From: an uncultured bacterium
GTDB taxonomy: Bacteria; Krumholzibacteriota; Krumholzibacteriia; WVZY01; JAKEHA01
Length of the DNA stretch: 64,000 bases
Reading direction: 5' to 3'
Assembly: GCA_964560355.1 (NCBI GenBank)
Contig: CAZLLI010000002.1
Coordinates: 3,622-67,621, forward strand
The translations under genes and the position numbers were made by a program. Positions 10,729 through 20,428 of the stretch are shown piece after piece. Numbering within the stretch: position 1 is the stretch's first letter; each line of letters starts with the position of its first letter. The notes below the pieces were generated by a model. That model saw nothing but the letters and a program-made list of their open reading frames with translations. It did no database searches and had not been told where the DNA came from.

Positions 10729-10790
10729 TTCGTCGTTCAATCGTCGGTGGTGCGCGCCCCGCGGCGCGCGCTTGAATCGAGGAGGTCGCG

Positions 10791-11318
10791 ATGAGAAACG
10801 TTCCCAAGTGGCTCGTGGTGGCGGCGTGCGCGGCGCTGGTCGCGCCGGCGTGCACGAAGAAGACGGCGCAGGAAGTCGTCGTGCTCAAGCAATACCCGAT
10901 GACGGGCTCGCTCGACGTGCTGTCGCTGGATGTGGCGCAACTCGACGACGCGGTCTCGTCCGACGGCAACGGGGCGGTGCGCGTCCACGTCGACGAGCCG
11001 ACCACGATTCGCCTCTACGAGACCGGGGACCTCGACGTCGAGGACGCGCGCCTGGTGTACGAAGCCAAGCTTCGCACGGAAGGCGTGGAAGGCAAGGTCT
11101 ACCTGGAGATGTGGTGTTCGTTCGCCGGCAAGGGCGAGTTCTTCTCGCGCGCGCTGCAGTCGCCCGTCACGGGAACCACCGACTGGACGACGCAGCAGAC
11201 GCCGTTCTTCTTGAAGAAGGGCGAGAACCCGGACAACGTGAAGCTCAACATCGTGGTCGACGGGAAGGGGACGGTGTGGGTCGACGACGTCACGCTGACG
11301 CGCGGCCCGCTCGAGTGA
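10791..11318 (+). CDS. Secreted/lipoprotein hypothetical
   Basis: 175 aa with a signal peptide ending near Cys (APAC). No family assigned. Confidence 0.6.
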   Translation: MRNVPKWLVVAACAALVAPACTKKTAQEVVVLKQYPMTGSLDVLSLDVAQLDDAVSSDGNGAVRVHVDEPTTIRLYETGDLDVEDARLVYEAKLRTEGVEGKVYLEMWCSFAGKGEFFSRALQSPVTGTTDWTTQQTPFFLKKGENPDNVKLNIVVDGKGTVWVDDVTLTRGPLE

Positions 11319-11322
11319 ACGA

Positions 11323-11769
11323 CTAGCGGTCAGAGGGCGGTCGCGGCGTCCACTCGTCTTTGCCGAGCGACGCGTTGAGCTTGAAGTGCGTCGTGCTGTA
11401 GAGCGCGCCCGCGGCGGCGGCGGCGCCGGTCATGATCCAGGTGGTGTCTTCGTCGAACGCGCCCAGCGTGTTGCCGATGGCACCCACGAACATGGCCAGC
11501 GTACCCGCGGTGCCGGCGCCGAACAGCGCCGCTTCGAAGAACGAGGTGGGCGCGTAGTTGGGCGGCGTGAACGGATTGAGCGAGAGCGTGAGGTAGGCGG
11601 GCGCGCCGGCGTCGACGGTGCGCTTCGCGAAATAGTTGGATAAGAGTAGCCCCTGCGACAGGGGGGCAACGCCGTACGACGGACGCGCGACGCGCGTGCT
11701 GTCGGGGTCCGACGCGGCCGCCGCGGGCGCGGCGACCAGCAATGCCAAGAGGATGACGAGCGATCTCAT
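11323..11769 (-). CDS. Secreted hypothetical protein
   Basis: Signal peptide MRSLVILLALLVAAPAAAAS. The ATG at 11769 sits in frame within the longer ORF 11323-11931. Confidence 0.55.
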   Translation of the reverse strand: MRSLVILLALLVAAPAAAASDPDSTRVARPSYGVAPLSQGLLLSNYFAKRTVDAGAPAYLTLSLNPFTPPNYAPTSFFEAALFGAGTAGTLAMFVGAIGNTLGAFDEDTTWIMTGAAAAAGALYSTTHFKLNASLGKDEWTPRPPSDR

Positions 11770-11807
11770 GGGACTCCTCGGCGCGTGCCGAGAAGTATAA
11801 CACCGCG

Positions 11808-12626
11808 ATGACAGCGAACGAAAACGAATACGTGCTCGGCACCGACGACGCCGAGCTCCTGCGCCTCGGCCTGCAGCACCGCTTGTGGAGCGTACAAGCG
11901 TTTGCGTGCTGGGAGCGCGCGGGTGTGGCACCCGGGCGCACCGTGCTCGACGTGGGCGCGGGGCCGGGCTTCGCGACCCTCGACCTCGCGCAGTTGGTGA
12001 CGCGGTCGGGGCGCGTGATCGCGGTCGACGAATCCGAGCGCTTCCTGCGCCACCTGCAAGACCGCGCGCGCGTGCTCGGCATCGCGCACGTGGAGACGCG
12101 CACCGAGGACGTGCAAGCGCTCGCGCTGCCCGCGGGCAGCGTCGACGTCGCCTACGCGCGCTGGGTGCTGTGCTTCACGCCGCGCCCCGACGACGTGATC
12201 GCGGGGGTCGCGGCCGCGCTCAAGCCGGGCGGCGCGTTCGCGGTGCAGGATTACATCAACTGGGGCGCGCTTTCGCTCTCGCCCACGAGCGACGCGTTTC
12301 TGCGCGTGATGCCGTCGGTGGGGAAGAGCTGGCGTGACCACGGCGGCGACTGGCAGGTGGGCGCGCGCCTTCCCGCCATGATGGCGAAGCACGGTCTTCG
12401 CGTCGAAGCCATGCGGCCGCTCCAGCGCATCGCGCGCTCGAGCGATCCCTTGTGGCAGTGGCCCACCACCTTCTTCGCGAATTTCATCCCGCGCCTGGTC
12501 GAACAGGGCCTGGTGAGCGCCGCCGACTGGAACGAGATGGAACGCGACTGGCGTGAGCGCTCGCGCGACCCCAACGCGTTCTTCTGGACGCCCTCCATGG
12601 TCGAAATCGTCGCGCGCCGCGTCTAG
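11808..12626 (+). CDS. Class I SAM-dependent methyltransferase
   Basis: VLDVGAGPG motif I of the Rossmann methyltransferase fold. Confidence 0.8.
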   Translation: MTANENEYVLGTDDAELLRLGLQHRLWSVQAFACWERAGVAPGRTVLDVGAGPGFATLDLAQLVTRSGRVIAVDESERFLRHLQDRARVLGIAHVETRTEDVQALALPAGSVDVAYARWVLCFTPRPDDVIAGVAAALKPGGAFAVQDYINWGALSLSPTSDAFLRVMPSVGKSWRDHGGDWQVGARLPAMMAKHGLRVEAMRPLQRIARSSDPLWQWPTTFFANFIPRLVEQGLVSAADWNEMERDWRERSRDPNAFFWTPSMVEIVARRV

Positions 12627-12664
12627 AAGCCCCCCTCGAAAGCCCTTCGCCCCGCGCTCGGGGC

Positions 12665-13423
12665 ATGTCGTATAATGCGCCGATGGATCACCTCGCGACG
12701 TTCATCGTCGTCGGGTTCGTCGCCCAGATGATCGACGGGACTCTCGGCATGGCGTACGGCTTGAGCGCGACCACGTTCCTGTTGGCGGCGGGCATTCCGC
12801 CCGCGGTCGCGAGTGCGAGCGTGCACGCGGCGGAAGTGATCACCACCGGCGTGTCGGGGCTCTCGCACTGGAACTCGGGCAACGTGAACGGATACCTGGT
12901 GCGGCGGCTCGTGATTCCCGGCATGCTCGGTGCTGCCGTCGGCGCGTACATCCTGGCCTCGGTGCCGGGCGAGCGCATCAAGCCGTTTTCGGCCGCGTAC
13001 CTCGGCGTCATGGGACTGTTCATCGTGTGGAAGGGGCTGCGTCGCGTGATGGAGCACCGCGAAGTGCGCTCGCACCTGATTCCGCTCGGCGCCGCGGGCG
13101 GGTTTCTCGACGCCATCGGCGGCGGCGGCTGGGGCCCCATCGTTGTCTCGACGCTGGTCGCGCGCGGCAACCACCCGCGCTACTCGATCGGGTCGGTCAA
13201 CTTCGCCGAGTTCTTCGTGGCGGCGTCGGCGTCGGTGACGTTCATTCTCACCATCGGATTGTCGTTCTGGACCGCCATCGCGGGACTCGCGATCGGCGGC
13301 GCCGTCGCGGCACCGATCGCGGCCCAGCTCACCAAGCGCGTGCCGACGCGCGGACTCATGATCACGGTCGGCGTTCTCATTATTGCCTTGAGCGTACGAA
13401 CCCTCTACACGGTGTTGCGATGA
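12665..13423 (+). CDS. TauE/SafE (DUF81) family sulfite/anion exporter
   Basis: 252 aa with about 8 TM helices and a duplicated 4-TM architecture with Gly-rich loops. Confidence 0.75.
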   Translation: MSYNAPMDHLATFIVVGFVAQMIDGTLGMAYGLSATTFLLAAGIPPAVASASVHAAEVITTGVSGLSHWNSGNVNGYLVRRLVIPGMLGAAVGAYILASVPGERIKPFSAAYLGVMGLFIVWKGLRRVMEHREVRSHLIPLGAAGGFLDAIGGGGWGPIVVSTLVARGNHPRYSIGSVNFAEFFVAASASVTFILTIGLSFWTAIAGLAIGGAVAAPIAAQLTKRVPTRGLMITVGVLIIALSVRTLYTVLR

Positions 13424-13995
13424 AACCAAAGCGTCGAACCCCCGCCAGCCCCGCCTCCGAAGAAACCGTACTCCGCCTCACGCCCGCGAGCGAGCGCGAC
13501 GTCGACGCGTGGCGCGCGATGCGCGAGGACCTCTACGACGGCGTCGACGAGGCCTTCAACGAGTTCGAGATGGGACTCATCCTTGCGTCGAGCGACCGCG
13601 CGTGCCTGTTGGTGCGCGCGCCCAACGACGAAGCGGTGGGCTTCATCGAGGTGTCGCTGCGCAACGTCGTCGACGGCTGCCTGGGCGGCCCGGTCGGCTA
13701 CGTCGAAGGGATCTACCTGGTGCCGAGCTGGCGCGGGTTGGGTCTCGGCCCCGGCATGATCGAAGCCGTCGGCGAGTGGTTCCGCTCGCAGGGCTGCCGC
13801 GACATGGCCACCGACGCCGAGCTCGAGAACACCGACGCGCAGGAGTTCTGGAGCGACCTCGGCTTCGAGGAGACGTGGCGCATCGTGCAGTATCGAAAGT
13901 CGCTCGGCGAGCCGGAAGCGGACCAGAAGCGCAAGGCGAAGCGCAAGCCGTCGAAGGGGGCGCGCGCGGCGAAGAAGAAGTCGCGCCGGCGCTAG
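13420..13995 (+). CDS. AAC(6')-I-like GNAT aminoglycoside N-acetyltransferase homolog with Lys/Arg-rich C-terminal tail
   Basis: The core (VEGIYLVPSWRGLGLG..GC.DMATD..N..AQEFW..LGFEETWRIVQYRK) closely matches chromosomal AAC(6')-Iy/Iz enzymes. ATG overlaps the upstream TGA (ATGA). The 40-aa basic tail KRKAKRKPSKGARAAKKKSRRR is an addition. Confidence 0.75.
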   Translation: MKPKRRTPASPASEETVLRLTPASERDVDAWRAMREDLYDGVDEAFNEFEMGLILASSDRACLLVRAPNDEAVGFIEVSLRNVVDGCLGGPVGYVEGIYLVPSWRGLGLGPGMIEAVGEWFRSQGCRDMATDAELENTDAQEFWSDLGFEETWRIVQYRKSLGEPEADQKRKAKRKPSKGARAAKKKSRRR

Positions 13996-13999
13996 GGCC

Positions 14000-14584
14000 G
14001 TGGTCGAGACCGTCACCAGCATCTTTGCGGGCGTAGGGCTGGCCGCCGCGTGCGGCTTCCGCGTCTTCGTGCCGCTGCTCGTGTTGAGCATCGCGTCGAC
14101 CTTGGGAGCGATTCCGCTCGCGCACGACTTCGCGTGGATCGCGACCACGCCGGCGTTGATCGCGCTCGCCACCGCGACCGTGATGGAGATCGCCGCCTAC
14201 TACGTGCCGTGGCTCGACCACGCGCTCGACGTCATCGCGACGCCGGCCGCGATCCTGGCCGGCGTGATCGCGACCGCGGCGGTGCTGCCCGACGTGGGCC
14301 CGACGCTGCGCTGGGCGCTCGCGATCGTGGGCGGCGGCGGCGCGGCGGGCGCGGTGCAAGGCGCGACCGTTCTCCTGCGCCTCAAGTCGGGCGTCACGAC
14401 GGGCGGCGTCGCCAACCCGCTCGTGTCGACGGGGGAGACGGCGTCGTCGACGGTGACGTCGGTGCTCGCGGTCGTGGTCCCCATCCTCGCCTTCCTGCTC
14501 GTGCTCGCGACCGTGATTCTCTTGGTGGCACTCGCGCGCCGCGCGCTCGCGCCGCCGCGGCGCGAACCACCCCCGGCCGCGTAG
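14000..14584 (+). CDS. DUF4126-like membrane protein
   Basis: 194 aa with hydrophobic, Ala/Gly-rich TM helices. Confidence 0.55.
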   Translation: MVETVTSIFAGVGLAAACGFRVFVPLLVLSIASTLGAIPLAHDFAWIATTPALIALATATVMEIAAYYVPWLDHALDVIATPAAILAGVIATAAVLPDVGPTLRWALAIVGGGGAAGAVQGATVLLRLKSGVTTGGVANPLVSTGETASSTVTSVLAVVVPILAFLLVLATVILLVALARRALAPPRREPPPAA

Positions 14585-14635
14585 CGCGGGAAGCGCTGGA
14601 CGCCGCGCTCGGGTATTCGCTACCCTTCGGGACCG

Positions 14636-14944
14636 ATGAAACGGCTCCAGGTCTATTCCACCCCCGACATCACGGTGACCTTCGACCCGAACGTCTGCCG
14701 ACACTCCGGCGTGTGCCTGAGGACGCTCCCGAAGGTGTTCGACGTGCGCCGCGCCAAGTGGATCCACGCCGACGCCGCGGAGGCCGATCGCGTCGCCCAC
14801 GCGATCGAGAAATGCCCCTCGGGCGCGTTGCAGTATTACCGTAACGTCGACCGCGATCCTCAAGCAAGAGCACGACTTGACAGAGCGATGGCAGCCAACC
14901 AGGCGGCCCTCGCCGCTAGCGCCGACGAGACCGAGGAGTCGTGA
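14636..14944 (+). CDS. Divergent 4Fe-4S mono-cluster ferredoxin-like protein (DUF1271-like)
   Basis: 102 aa containing CRHSGVC and KCPSGAL cysteine motifs. Confidence 0.6.
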   Translation: MKRLQVYSTPDITVTFDPNVCRHSGVCLRTLPKVFDVRRAKWIHADAAEADRVAHAIEKCPSGALQYYRNVDRDPQARARLDRAMAANQAALAASADETEES

Positions 14945-14957
14945 CGCGACGCGCACC

Positions 14958-15827
14958 ATGAGTACCTTCCGACTCCCCGACGCCACCCACATCGGCTACG
15001 TGCACCTGCGCGTGCGCGACCTCGAGCGCACGCTCTCGTTCTACCTCGACGTGCTGGGCTTGAAGCTGGTGAGCGGCGGCATGAGCACGGCGACGCTCTC
15101 GGCCAACGGACGCGGGCCCGGGCTGCTCGTGCTGACCGAGAAGAAAGACGCGCCCGCGCGGCCCCCGCGCTCGCCGGGGCTGTACCACACCGCGTTCCGT
15201 GTTCCCAGCCGGCGTGCGCTCGCGCTCGCGATCGCGCACCTGCGCGACTCGGGCTGGCCGCTCGACGGATTCGCCGACCACGACGTGAGCGAAGCCGTGT
15301 ACCTCTCCGACCCCGAAGGCAACGGCATCGAAGTGTACGCGGACCGTCCGCGCGCGACCTGGCCGCTCCGCGACGGCCACGTCGAAATGGTGACGGTGCC
15401 GCTCGACCTGGACGACCTCATGCGCGAGCTCGCCGACTTCCCGGGCGCGTGGGAGGGCATCGACCCCGCGACCGACGTCGGCCACGTGCACCTGCGCGTG
15501 GGGGACCTCGAGCGCACGGAGGCGTTCTACGCGCACCTGCTCGGCTTCGACGTGACCCAGCGCACGCTCCCGCGCGCGCTCTTCATGTCCGCGGGCGGGT
15601 ATCACCACCACATCGGCGGCAACACCTGGCACAGCGAAGGGGGCCCGCGCCCACCCGCGGACGCGCACGGACTCATCTCCTACAGCGTGGTAGTGCCCGA
15701 CGCGACTGCGATCGCGTCGCTGGAAACGCGGCTGCGCGACGCGTCGGTGCCCGTGCGCACCGACAACGAGGGCGGCCTGCGCGCCGCCGACCCCGACGGC
15801 AACTTCATCGAAGTGGTGGCGGCGTAA
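14958..15827 (+). CDS. Two-domain VOC family protein (catechol 2,3-dioxygenase / glyoxalase-like)
   Basis: Duplicated HIGYVHLRV.DLERT and VGHVHLRVGDLERT modules. TAA overlaps the next ATG. Confidence 0.8.
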   Translation: MSTFRLPDATHIGYVHLRVRDLERTLSFYLDVLGLKLVSGGMSTATLSANGRGPGLLVLTEKKDAPARPPRSPGLYHTAFRVPSRRALALAIAHLRDSGWPLDGFADHDVSEAVYLSDPEGNGIEVYADRPRATWPLRDGHVEMVTVPLDLDDLMRELADFPGAWEGIDPATDVGHVHLRVGDLERTEAFYAHLLGFDVTQRTLPRALFMSAGGYHHHIGGNTWHSEGGPRPPADAHGLISYSVVVPDATAIASLETRLRDASVPVRTDNEGGLRAADPDGNFIEVVAA

Positions 15828-16744
15828 TGGCGGGGCGCACGCGCGACCTCGCGCTCCGGCACCGCGTCAAGCACGGCGCGAGCTTTCGCCTGGCCGACCA
15901 CGACCCGCGCGACACCGGCCGCGTGCCGTCGAAGGAGCGCGCGCAGAAACTGCTCGCGCGCGGCATCGAACGCCTGCGGCAGTCGCAAGAGCGGTTGTAC
16001 GCGCAAGACACGTGGTCGGTGCTGCTCATCTTCCAAGCCATGGACGCGGCCGGCAAGGACGGCGCCATTGAGCACGTGATGACGGGCGTCAACCCGCAAG
16101 GGTGCGAAGTCTACTCGTTCAAGGTGCCGTCCGACGAAGAGCTCGACCACGACTTCATGTGGCGCACGAGCAAGCGCCTGCCCGAACGCGGGCGCATCGG
16201 TATCTTCAACCGCTCGTACTACGAAGAAGTGCTGGTCGCGCGCGTCCACCCCGAGGTGCTCGCGCGCCAGCGCGTGCCGGCGCGCCTCATGACGAAGAAC
16301 GTCTGGAAGCAGCGCTTCGAAGACATCGCCGCCTTCGAGCGCTACCTCGCGCGCAACGGCGTCGTCGTGCTCAAGTTCTTCCTGCATGTTTCGCGCGAGG
16401 AGCAGCAGCGGCGTTTTCTCGCCCGCATCGACGACCCGTCGAAGCAGTGGAAGTTTTCCTCGGCCGACGTGCGCGAGCGCGGGCACTGGAACGACTACAT
16501 GCGCGCGTACGAAGACATGATTCGCCACACCGCGGCGGCGCACGCGCCGTGGTACGTGGTGCCGGCCGACAACAAGTGGTACACGCGCCTGGTGGTGGCG
16601 AGTGCGGTGGTCGAGGCGATGGACGAGCTCGACCTCGCGTTCCCACGCGTGGGCGCGGAAAAGAAGAAAGAACTCGCGGAAGCGAAGCGCCTCCTGGAGA
16701 AGGAGTCGCTGCGCCGACGCTCGAAGAAGGACGGACGACCGTGA
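15827..16744 (+). CDS. ppk2: Polyphosphate kinase 2 family (polyphosphate:nucleotide phosphotransferase)
   Basis: Walker-A-like FQAMDAAGKDG plus PPK2 signature regions. Single-domain size of about 305 aa. Confidence 0.85.
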   Translation: MAGRTRDLALRHRVKHGASFRLADHDPRDTGRVPSKERAQKLLARGIERLRQSQERLYAQDTWSVLLIFQAMDAAGKDGAIEHVMTGVNPQGCEVYSFKVPSDEELDHDFMWRTSKRLPERGRIGIFNRSYYEEVLVARVHPEVLARQRVPARLMTKNVWKQRFEDIAAFERYLARNGVVVLKFFLHVSREEQQRRFLARIDDPSKQWKFSSADVRERGHWNDYMRAYEDMIRHTAAAHAPWYVVPADNKWYTRLVVASAVVEAMDELDLAFPRVGAEKKKELAEAKRLLEKESLRRRSKKDGRP

Positions 16745-18864
16745 ACGCACCGAGACGACTTCCCCTCTCTCGCATCGCACTGACCGCGGCCGCCGTCGCG
16801 TGCGCGCTCGCGTCGCGCGCGCCCGCCACGACGCCGGCGCCGCCCGTCGCCGCCAAGCACGCGACCTTCACCGTCACCAACGGCGACACGCTCCGCGACA
16901 ACTACCGCTGGCTGCGCGAGAAGACGAGCCCCGACGTGCTGCACTACCTGGAAGCGGAGAATGCGTACTGCGACGCCATGATGGCTCCGACGCTCGCGTT
17001 CCAGGAAGCGCTTTACAAGGAGATGCTCGCGCGCATCCAGGAGACCGACACCGAGGTGCCGTACCGCCGCGGTGACTACTACTACTATTCGCGCACCGAG
17101 CAGGGGAAGCAGTACCCGTACCGCTGTCGCAAGCACGGGAGCCTCGACGCGCCCGAAGAGATCACACTCGACCTGAACGCGATGGCGGCCGGCCACGATT
17201 TCTTGAGCGTCGACGAATACGTCGTGAGCGACGACGGCAATTTGCTCGCGTTCAGCACCGACAGCACCGGCTATCGCCAGTACAACCTGCAGATCAAGGA
17301 CCTGCGCACCGGCAAGTTGCTCCCCGACCACGCCGAGCGCGTCACCGCCATCGCGTGGGCGGCCGACAACCAGACGCTGTTCTACGCGCAAGAGGATCCC
17401 GAGACCAAGCGCTGGTACCGCATCTATCGCCACGTGCTCGGCACCAATCGCCACGACCTCCTGTTCGAAGAGAAGGACGAGCAATTCGACACCTGGGTGT
17501 TTCGCACGCGCAGCGGCGCGTTCGTCGGAATCGGGAGTTCGAGCTCGACGACCAGCGAGATGTGGGTGATCCCCGCCGACAAGCCGACGCAGGCGCCCGC
17601 GTCGGTCGCGGGGCGGCGCGAGGGACACGAGTACTACCTCGATCACGCGGGGGACCACTTCTTGATCCGCACCAACGACAAGGGGCGCAACTTCCGCCTG
17701 GTGTCGGCGCCGGTGGCTGCGCCGGGCGAGAAGAACTGGAAAGAGGTCGTCGCGCACCGCGACGGTGTCATGCTGGAAGACGTCGACGCCTTCGCGAGCT
17801 ACACCGTACTGGCCGAGCGCGAGAAGGGCGTGCCGCAGATCGACGTCATCGACGCCGCCGGCAAGACGCACCGCGTTGAGTTTCCCGAGCCCGTGTACGT
17901 GGTGGAGCCCAGCGCCAACTACGTCTTCGACACGCCAACCTTGCGCTTCGTCTACGAGTCGCTGGTGACGCCCGAGTCCGTGTTCGACTACGACATGAAG
18001 ACGCACGAGCGCAAGCTCCTCAAGCAGACCCCGGTGCTGGGCGGCTTCGACGCCACCCAGTACCGCTCCGAGCGCGTCTACGCGACCGCGTCCGACGGCA
18101 CCCAGGTGCCCATTTCGCTCGTCTACAAAGGCAGCGAGCGCCCGCGCAACCGCCCTCTCCTGTTGCTCGGCTACGGCGCTTACGGCGTCTCCAGCGAGCC
18201 GTATTTCAATTCCAATCGTGTGAGCCTGCTCGACCGCGGCGTCGTGTACGGCATCGCGCACATACGGGGTGGCGGCGAGCTCGGCAAGCAGTGGCACGAC
18301 GGCGGCAAGCTCATGAACAAGAAGAACACCTTCACCGACTTCATCGCGTGCTGCGAATACTTGATCGCGCAGGGCTACACGTCGAAAGACCAGCTCGCCG
18401 TCACCGGGCGCAGCGCGGGCGGGTTGTTGATGGGTGCCGTCGTCACCATGCGCCCCGACCTGTTCAAGCTCGTATTCACCGCGGTGCCGTTCGTCGACGT
18501 CATGAACACCATGCTCGACCCCACGCTGCCGCTCACCACGCAGGAATACCTCGAGTGGGGCGACCCCAATGAGAAGGCCGCCTACGACTACATGAAGAGC
18601 TACTCGCCCTACGACCAGACCAAGCCCGCGTCGTACCCCATCATGCTCGTGCGCACGTCGCTCAACGACAGCCAGGTGATGTACTTCGAACCCGCCAAGT
18701 GGGTGGCGAAGCTGCGTGCGACCAAGACCGACAACCACCTCCTGGTGTTGAAGACGCGCATGGATCCCGGCGGCCACGGCGGCGCGTCGGGCCGCTACGA
18801 CCGCCTGCGCGACGTCGCCTTCGAGTACGCGTTCATGCTGTGGAACTTGGGGATCAAGCAATAA
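16741..18864 (+). CDS. ptrB: Oligopeptidase B / prolyl oligopeptidase family S9 serine peptidase, exported
   Basis: GRSAGG catalytic serine, N-terminal beta-propeller and signal peptide. GTG start overlaps the ppk2 stop (GTGA). Confidence 0.85.
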   Translation: MNAPRRLPLSRIALTAAAVACALASRAPATTPAPPVAAKHATFTVTNGDTLRDNYRWLREKTSPDVLHYLEAENAYCDAMMAPTLAFQEALYKEMLARIQETDTEVPYRRGDYYYYSRTEQGKQYPYRCRKHGSLDAPEEITLDLNAMAAGHDFLSVDEYVVSDDGNLLAFSTDSTGYRQYNLQIKDLRTGKLLPDHAERVTAIAWAADNQTLFYAQEDPETKRWYRIYRHVLGTNRHDLLFEEKDEQFDTWVFRTRSGAFVGIGSSSSTTSEMWVIPADKPTQAPASVAGRREGHEYYLDHAGDHFLIRTNDKGRNFRLVSAPVAAPGEKNWKEVVAHRDGVMLEDVDAFASYTVLAEREKGVPQIDVIDAAGKTHRVEFPEPVYVVEPSANYVFDTPTLRFVYESLVTPESVFDYDMKTHERKLLKQTPVLGGFDATQYRSERVYATASDGTQVPISLVYKGSERPRNRPLLLLGYGAYGVSSEPYFNSNRVSLLDRGVVYGIAHIRGGGELGKQWHDGGKLMNKKNTFTDFIACCEYLIAQGYTSKDQLAVTGRSAGGLLMGAVVTMRPDLFKLVFTAVPFVDVMNTMLDPTLPLTTQEYLEWGDPNEKAAYDYMKSYSPYDQTKPASYPIMLVRTSLNDSQVMYFEPAKWVAKLRATKTDNHLLVLKTRMDPGGHGGASGRYDRLRDVAFEYAFMLWNLGIKQ

Positions 18865-19658
18865 TGAGCACGACCCCCGCTCGCGTGCGCGACGTGCAGG
18901 CGTGGCTCGCGCTGTTGCACGACCTCGCGGATCGCGCCGACGAAATCGCGCTCGCGCACTTTCGCTCGACGCGCTTGCGCGTCGACGACAAGAGCGACGG
19001 CTCGCCGGTGAGCGAAGCCGACCGCGCCATCGAGTCGATGGCGCGTGACGTGGTTGCGTCGCGCGCACCCGAGCTGGGCGTGTTCGGGGAAGAGGAAGGC
19101 GAATCGGCGTCGCGGAGCGGAGCGCGCCTCATCATCGACCCCATCGACGGGACGCGCAACTTCGTGCGCGGGATTCCCGTCTTCGGTTCGCTGCTCGCGA
19201 TCGAAGAGGCGGGCGTGGTGGTGGCGGGGGTGGTGTCGGCGCCGGCGCTGGGGAGCCGCTGGCACGCCGCGCGCGGCGCGGGGGCGTTCGCGGGGACGCG
19301 TCGCCTGCAGGTGTCGGACATCGCGGAGCTGTCGCGCGCGCACGTGTTCCACGGCGACTTGAGCGGCCGCAGCGAAGGACGGGTGCCGTCGGGCCTGCCG
19401 AATTTGCTGCGCGCGGTCGAGCGCACGCGCGGCTTCGGAGATTTCTACCAGCACATGCTGGTCGCGGAGGGAGCGGGGGAGGTCGCGCTCGACTTCAAGA
19501 TGCAACCGTGGGACATCGCCGCGGTGAAGATCGTGGTCGACGAAGCGGGCGGGCGCGCGACCTCGCTCGCGGGCGAGGACACCATCTACGGCGGCAGCCT
19601 CGTCTCCAGCAACGGCCGGGTCCACGCGGCGGTGGCGACCTTCTTGTACGCCCCGTGA
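18864..19658 (+). CDS. Inositol monophosphatase family protein (HisN-like histidinol-phosphatase candidate)
   Basis: IDPIDGTRNF metal-binding motif and WDIAA motif. TAATG overlap with ptrB. Confidence 0.8.
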   Translation: MSTTPARVRDVQAWLALLHDLADRADEIALAHFRSTRLRVDDKSDGSPVSEADRAIESMARDVVASRAPELGVFGEEEGESASRSGARLIIDPIDGTRNFVRGIPVFGSLLAIEEAGVVVAGVVSAPALGSRWHAARGAGAFAGTRRLQVSDIAELSRAHVFHGDLSGRSEGRVPSGLPNLLRAVERTRGFGDFYQHMLVAEGAGEVALDFKMQPWDIAAVKIVVDEAGGRATSLAGEDTIYGGSLVSSNGRVHAAVATFLYAP

Positions 19659-19698
19659 TTGATCACCACCACCGCGCTTTCCCGATTTCTCAAACGCG

Positions 19699-20346
19699 CT
19701 AGCTGAACTTGGCAGGGAACTGCTTCGCGATGGCACCCGCCAGCGTGTCGGCGATGGTGTACATGTGCGCCTTCATCGCGTCCCACGTCTTGGCTTCAGC
19801 GTCGTACTGCTTGGCGCGCAACTGCTGAATCTGCGTCACGTGATGGCCGCCGTGCGCGGCGAGCAGCCCGAGGACCGCGTCGCGCGGGAGGTTGGGGTTG
19901 GCGCCGCTCAAGAAAGTGGCGATCTCGCCCGCGTTGTCGGTCAGCGCCTTGAGCGCTGCCTCTTGCTTGGCCGTATCGGTCCCGGCGTCGAGGTACTGTT
20001 TGACGGCGCCGTAATGTCCTGCGAGCAGCGTGAACAGCTGGTCGGAAGCCGCTTGCCCGTAGTAGGGCGCGATCGAACCCGCGATCTGCTTCGCGTTGGC
20101 GACCACTTCCTTCTCGGCCGCGGCGCGCGCGGCGGCGTTTCCCGCGAGCGTTGCGACCACCACGTTACGGACCCAGAAGACGTGGCCGAGCCACAGGTCG
20201 CGCAGCGCGGCGCCGGTCTGCGCCACTTTGAGCGAGTTGGGTTCGACGGGGGCGGCGTGCGCCGCGTGCTGGGCGCGGGCCGGGGGGGCGAAGGCCAGGA
20301 TGGCCGCGGCTAGCGCCACGGACGCGATGGCTCGTTTCGACTTCAT
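19699..20346 (-). CDS. Secreted all-helical hypothetical protein
   Basis: 215 aa with a signal peptide followed by Ala/Lys-rich helical repeats. Divergent from the regulator at 20429. Confidence 0.6.
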   Translation of the reverse strand: MKSKRAIASVALAAAILAFAPPARAQHAAHAAPVEPNSLKVAQTGAALRDLWLGHVFWVRNVVVATLAGNAAARAAAEKEVVANAKQIAGSIAPYYGQAASDQLFTLLAGHYGAVKQYLDAGTDTAKQEAALKALTDNAGEIATFLSGANPNLPRDAVLGLLAAHGGHHVTQIQQLRAKQYDAEAKTWDAMKAHMYTIADTLAGAIAKQFPAKFS

Positions 20347-20372
20347 GACGATCTCCTCTCAGTTGGGGAATA

Positions 20373-20401
20373 GGTTGTCCCAAGGGTATCCTTGGATAAC
20401 C
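20373..20401. promoter_or_regulatory. Imperfect inverted repeat GGTTGTCCCAAGG-GTAT-CCTTGGATAACC in divergent promoter region (candidate operator)
   Basis: 12/13-matching arms around a CCAAGG/CCTTGG core, followed by an AT-rich TTGTCA..TTTTAA stretch. It lies between divergent genes 19699-20346 and 20429-21088. Confidence 0.4.
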
Positions 20402-20428
20402 TACTTTGTCAAGTAAGTTATGTTTTAA

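Noticed and set aside
16495-19068. 857-aa minus-strand ORF antisense to ptrB
   Set aside because: Same high-GC antisense artefact. ptrB on the plus strand has clear S9 peptidase motifs.
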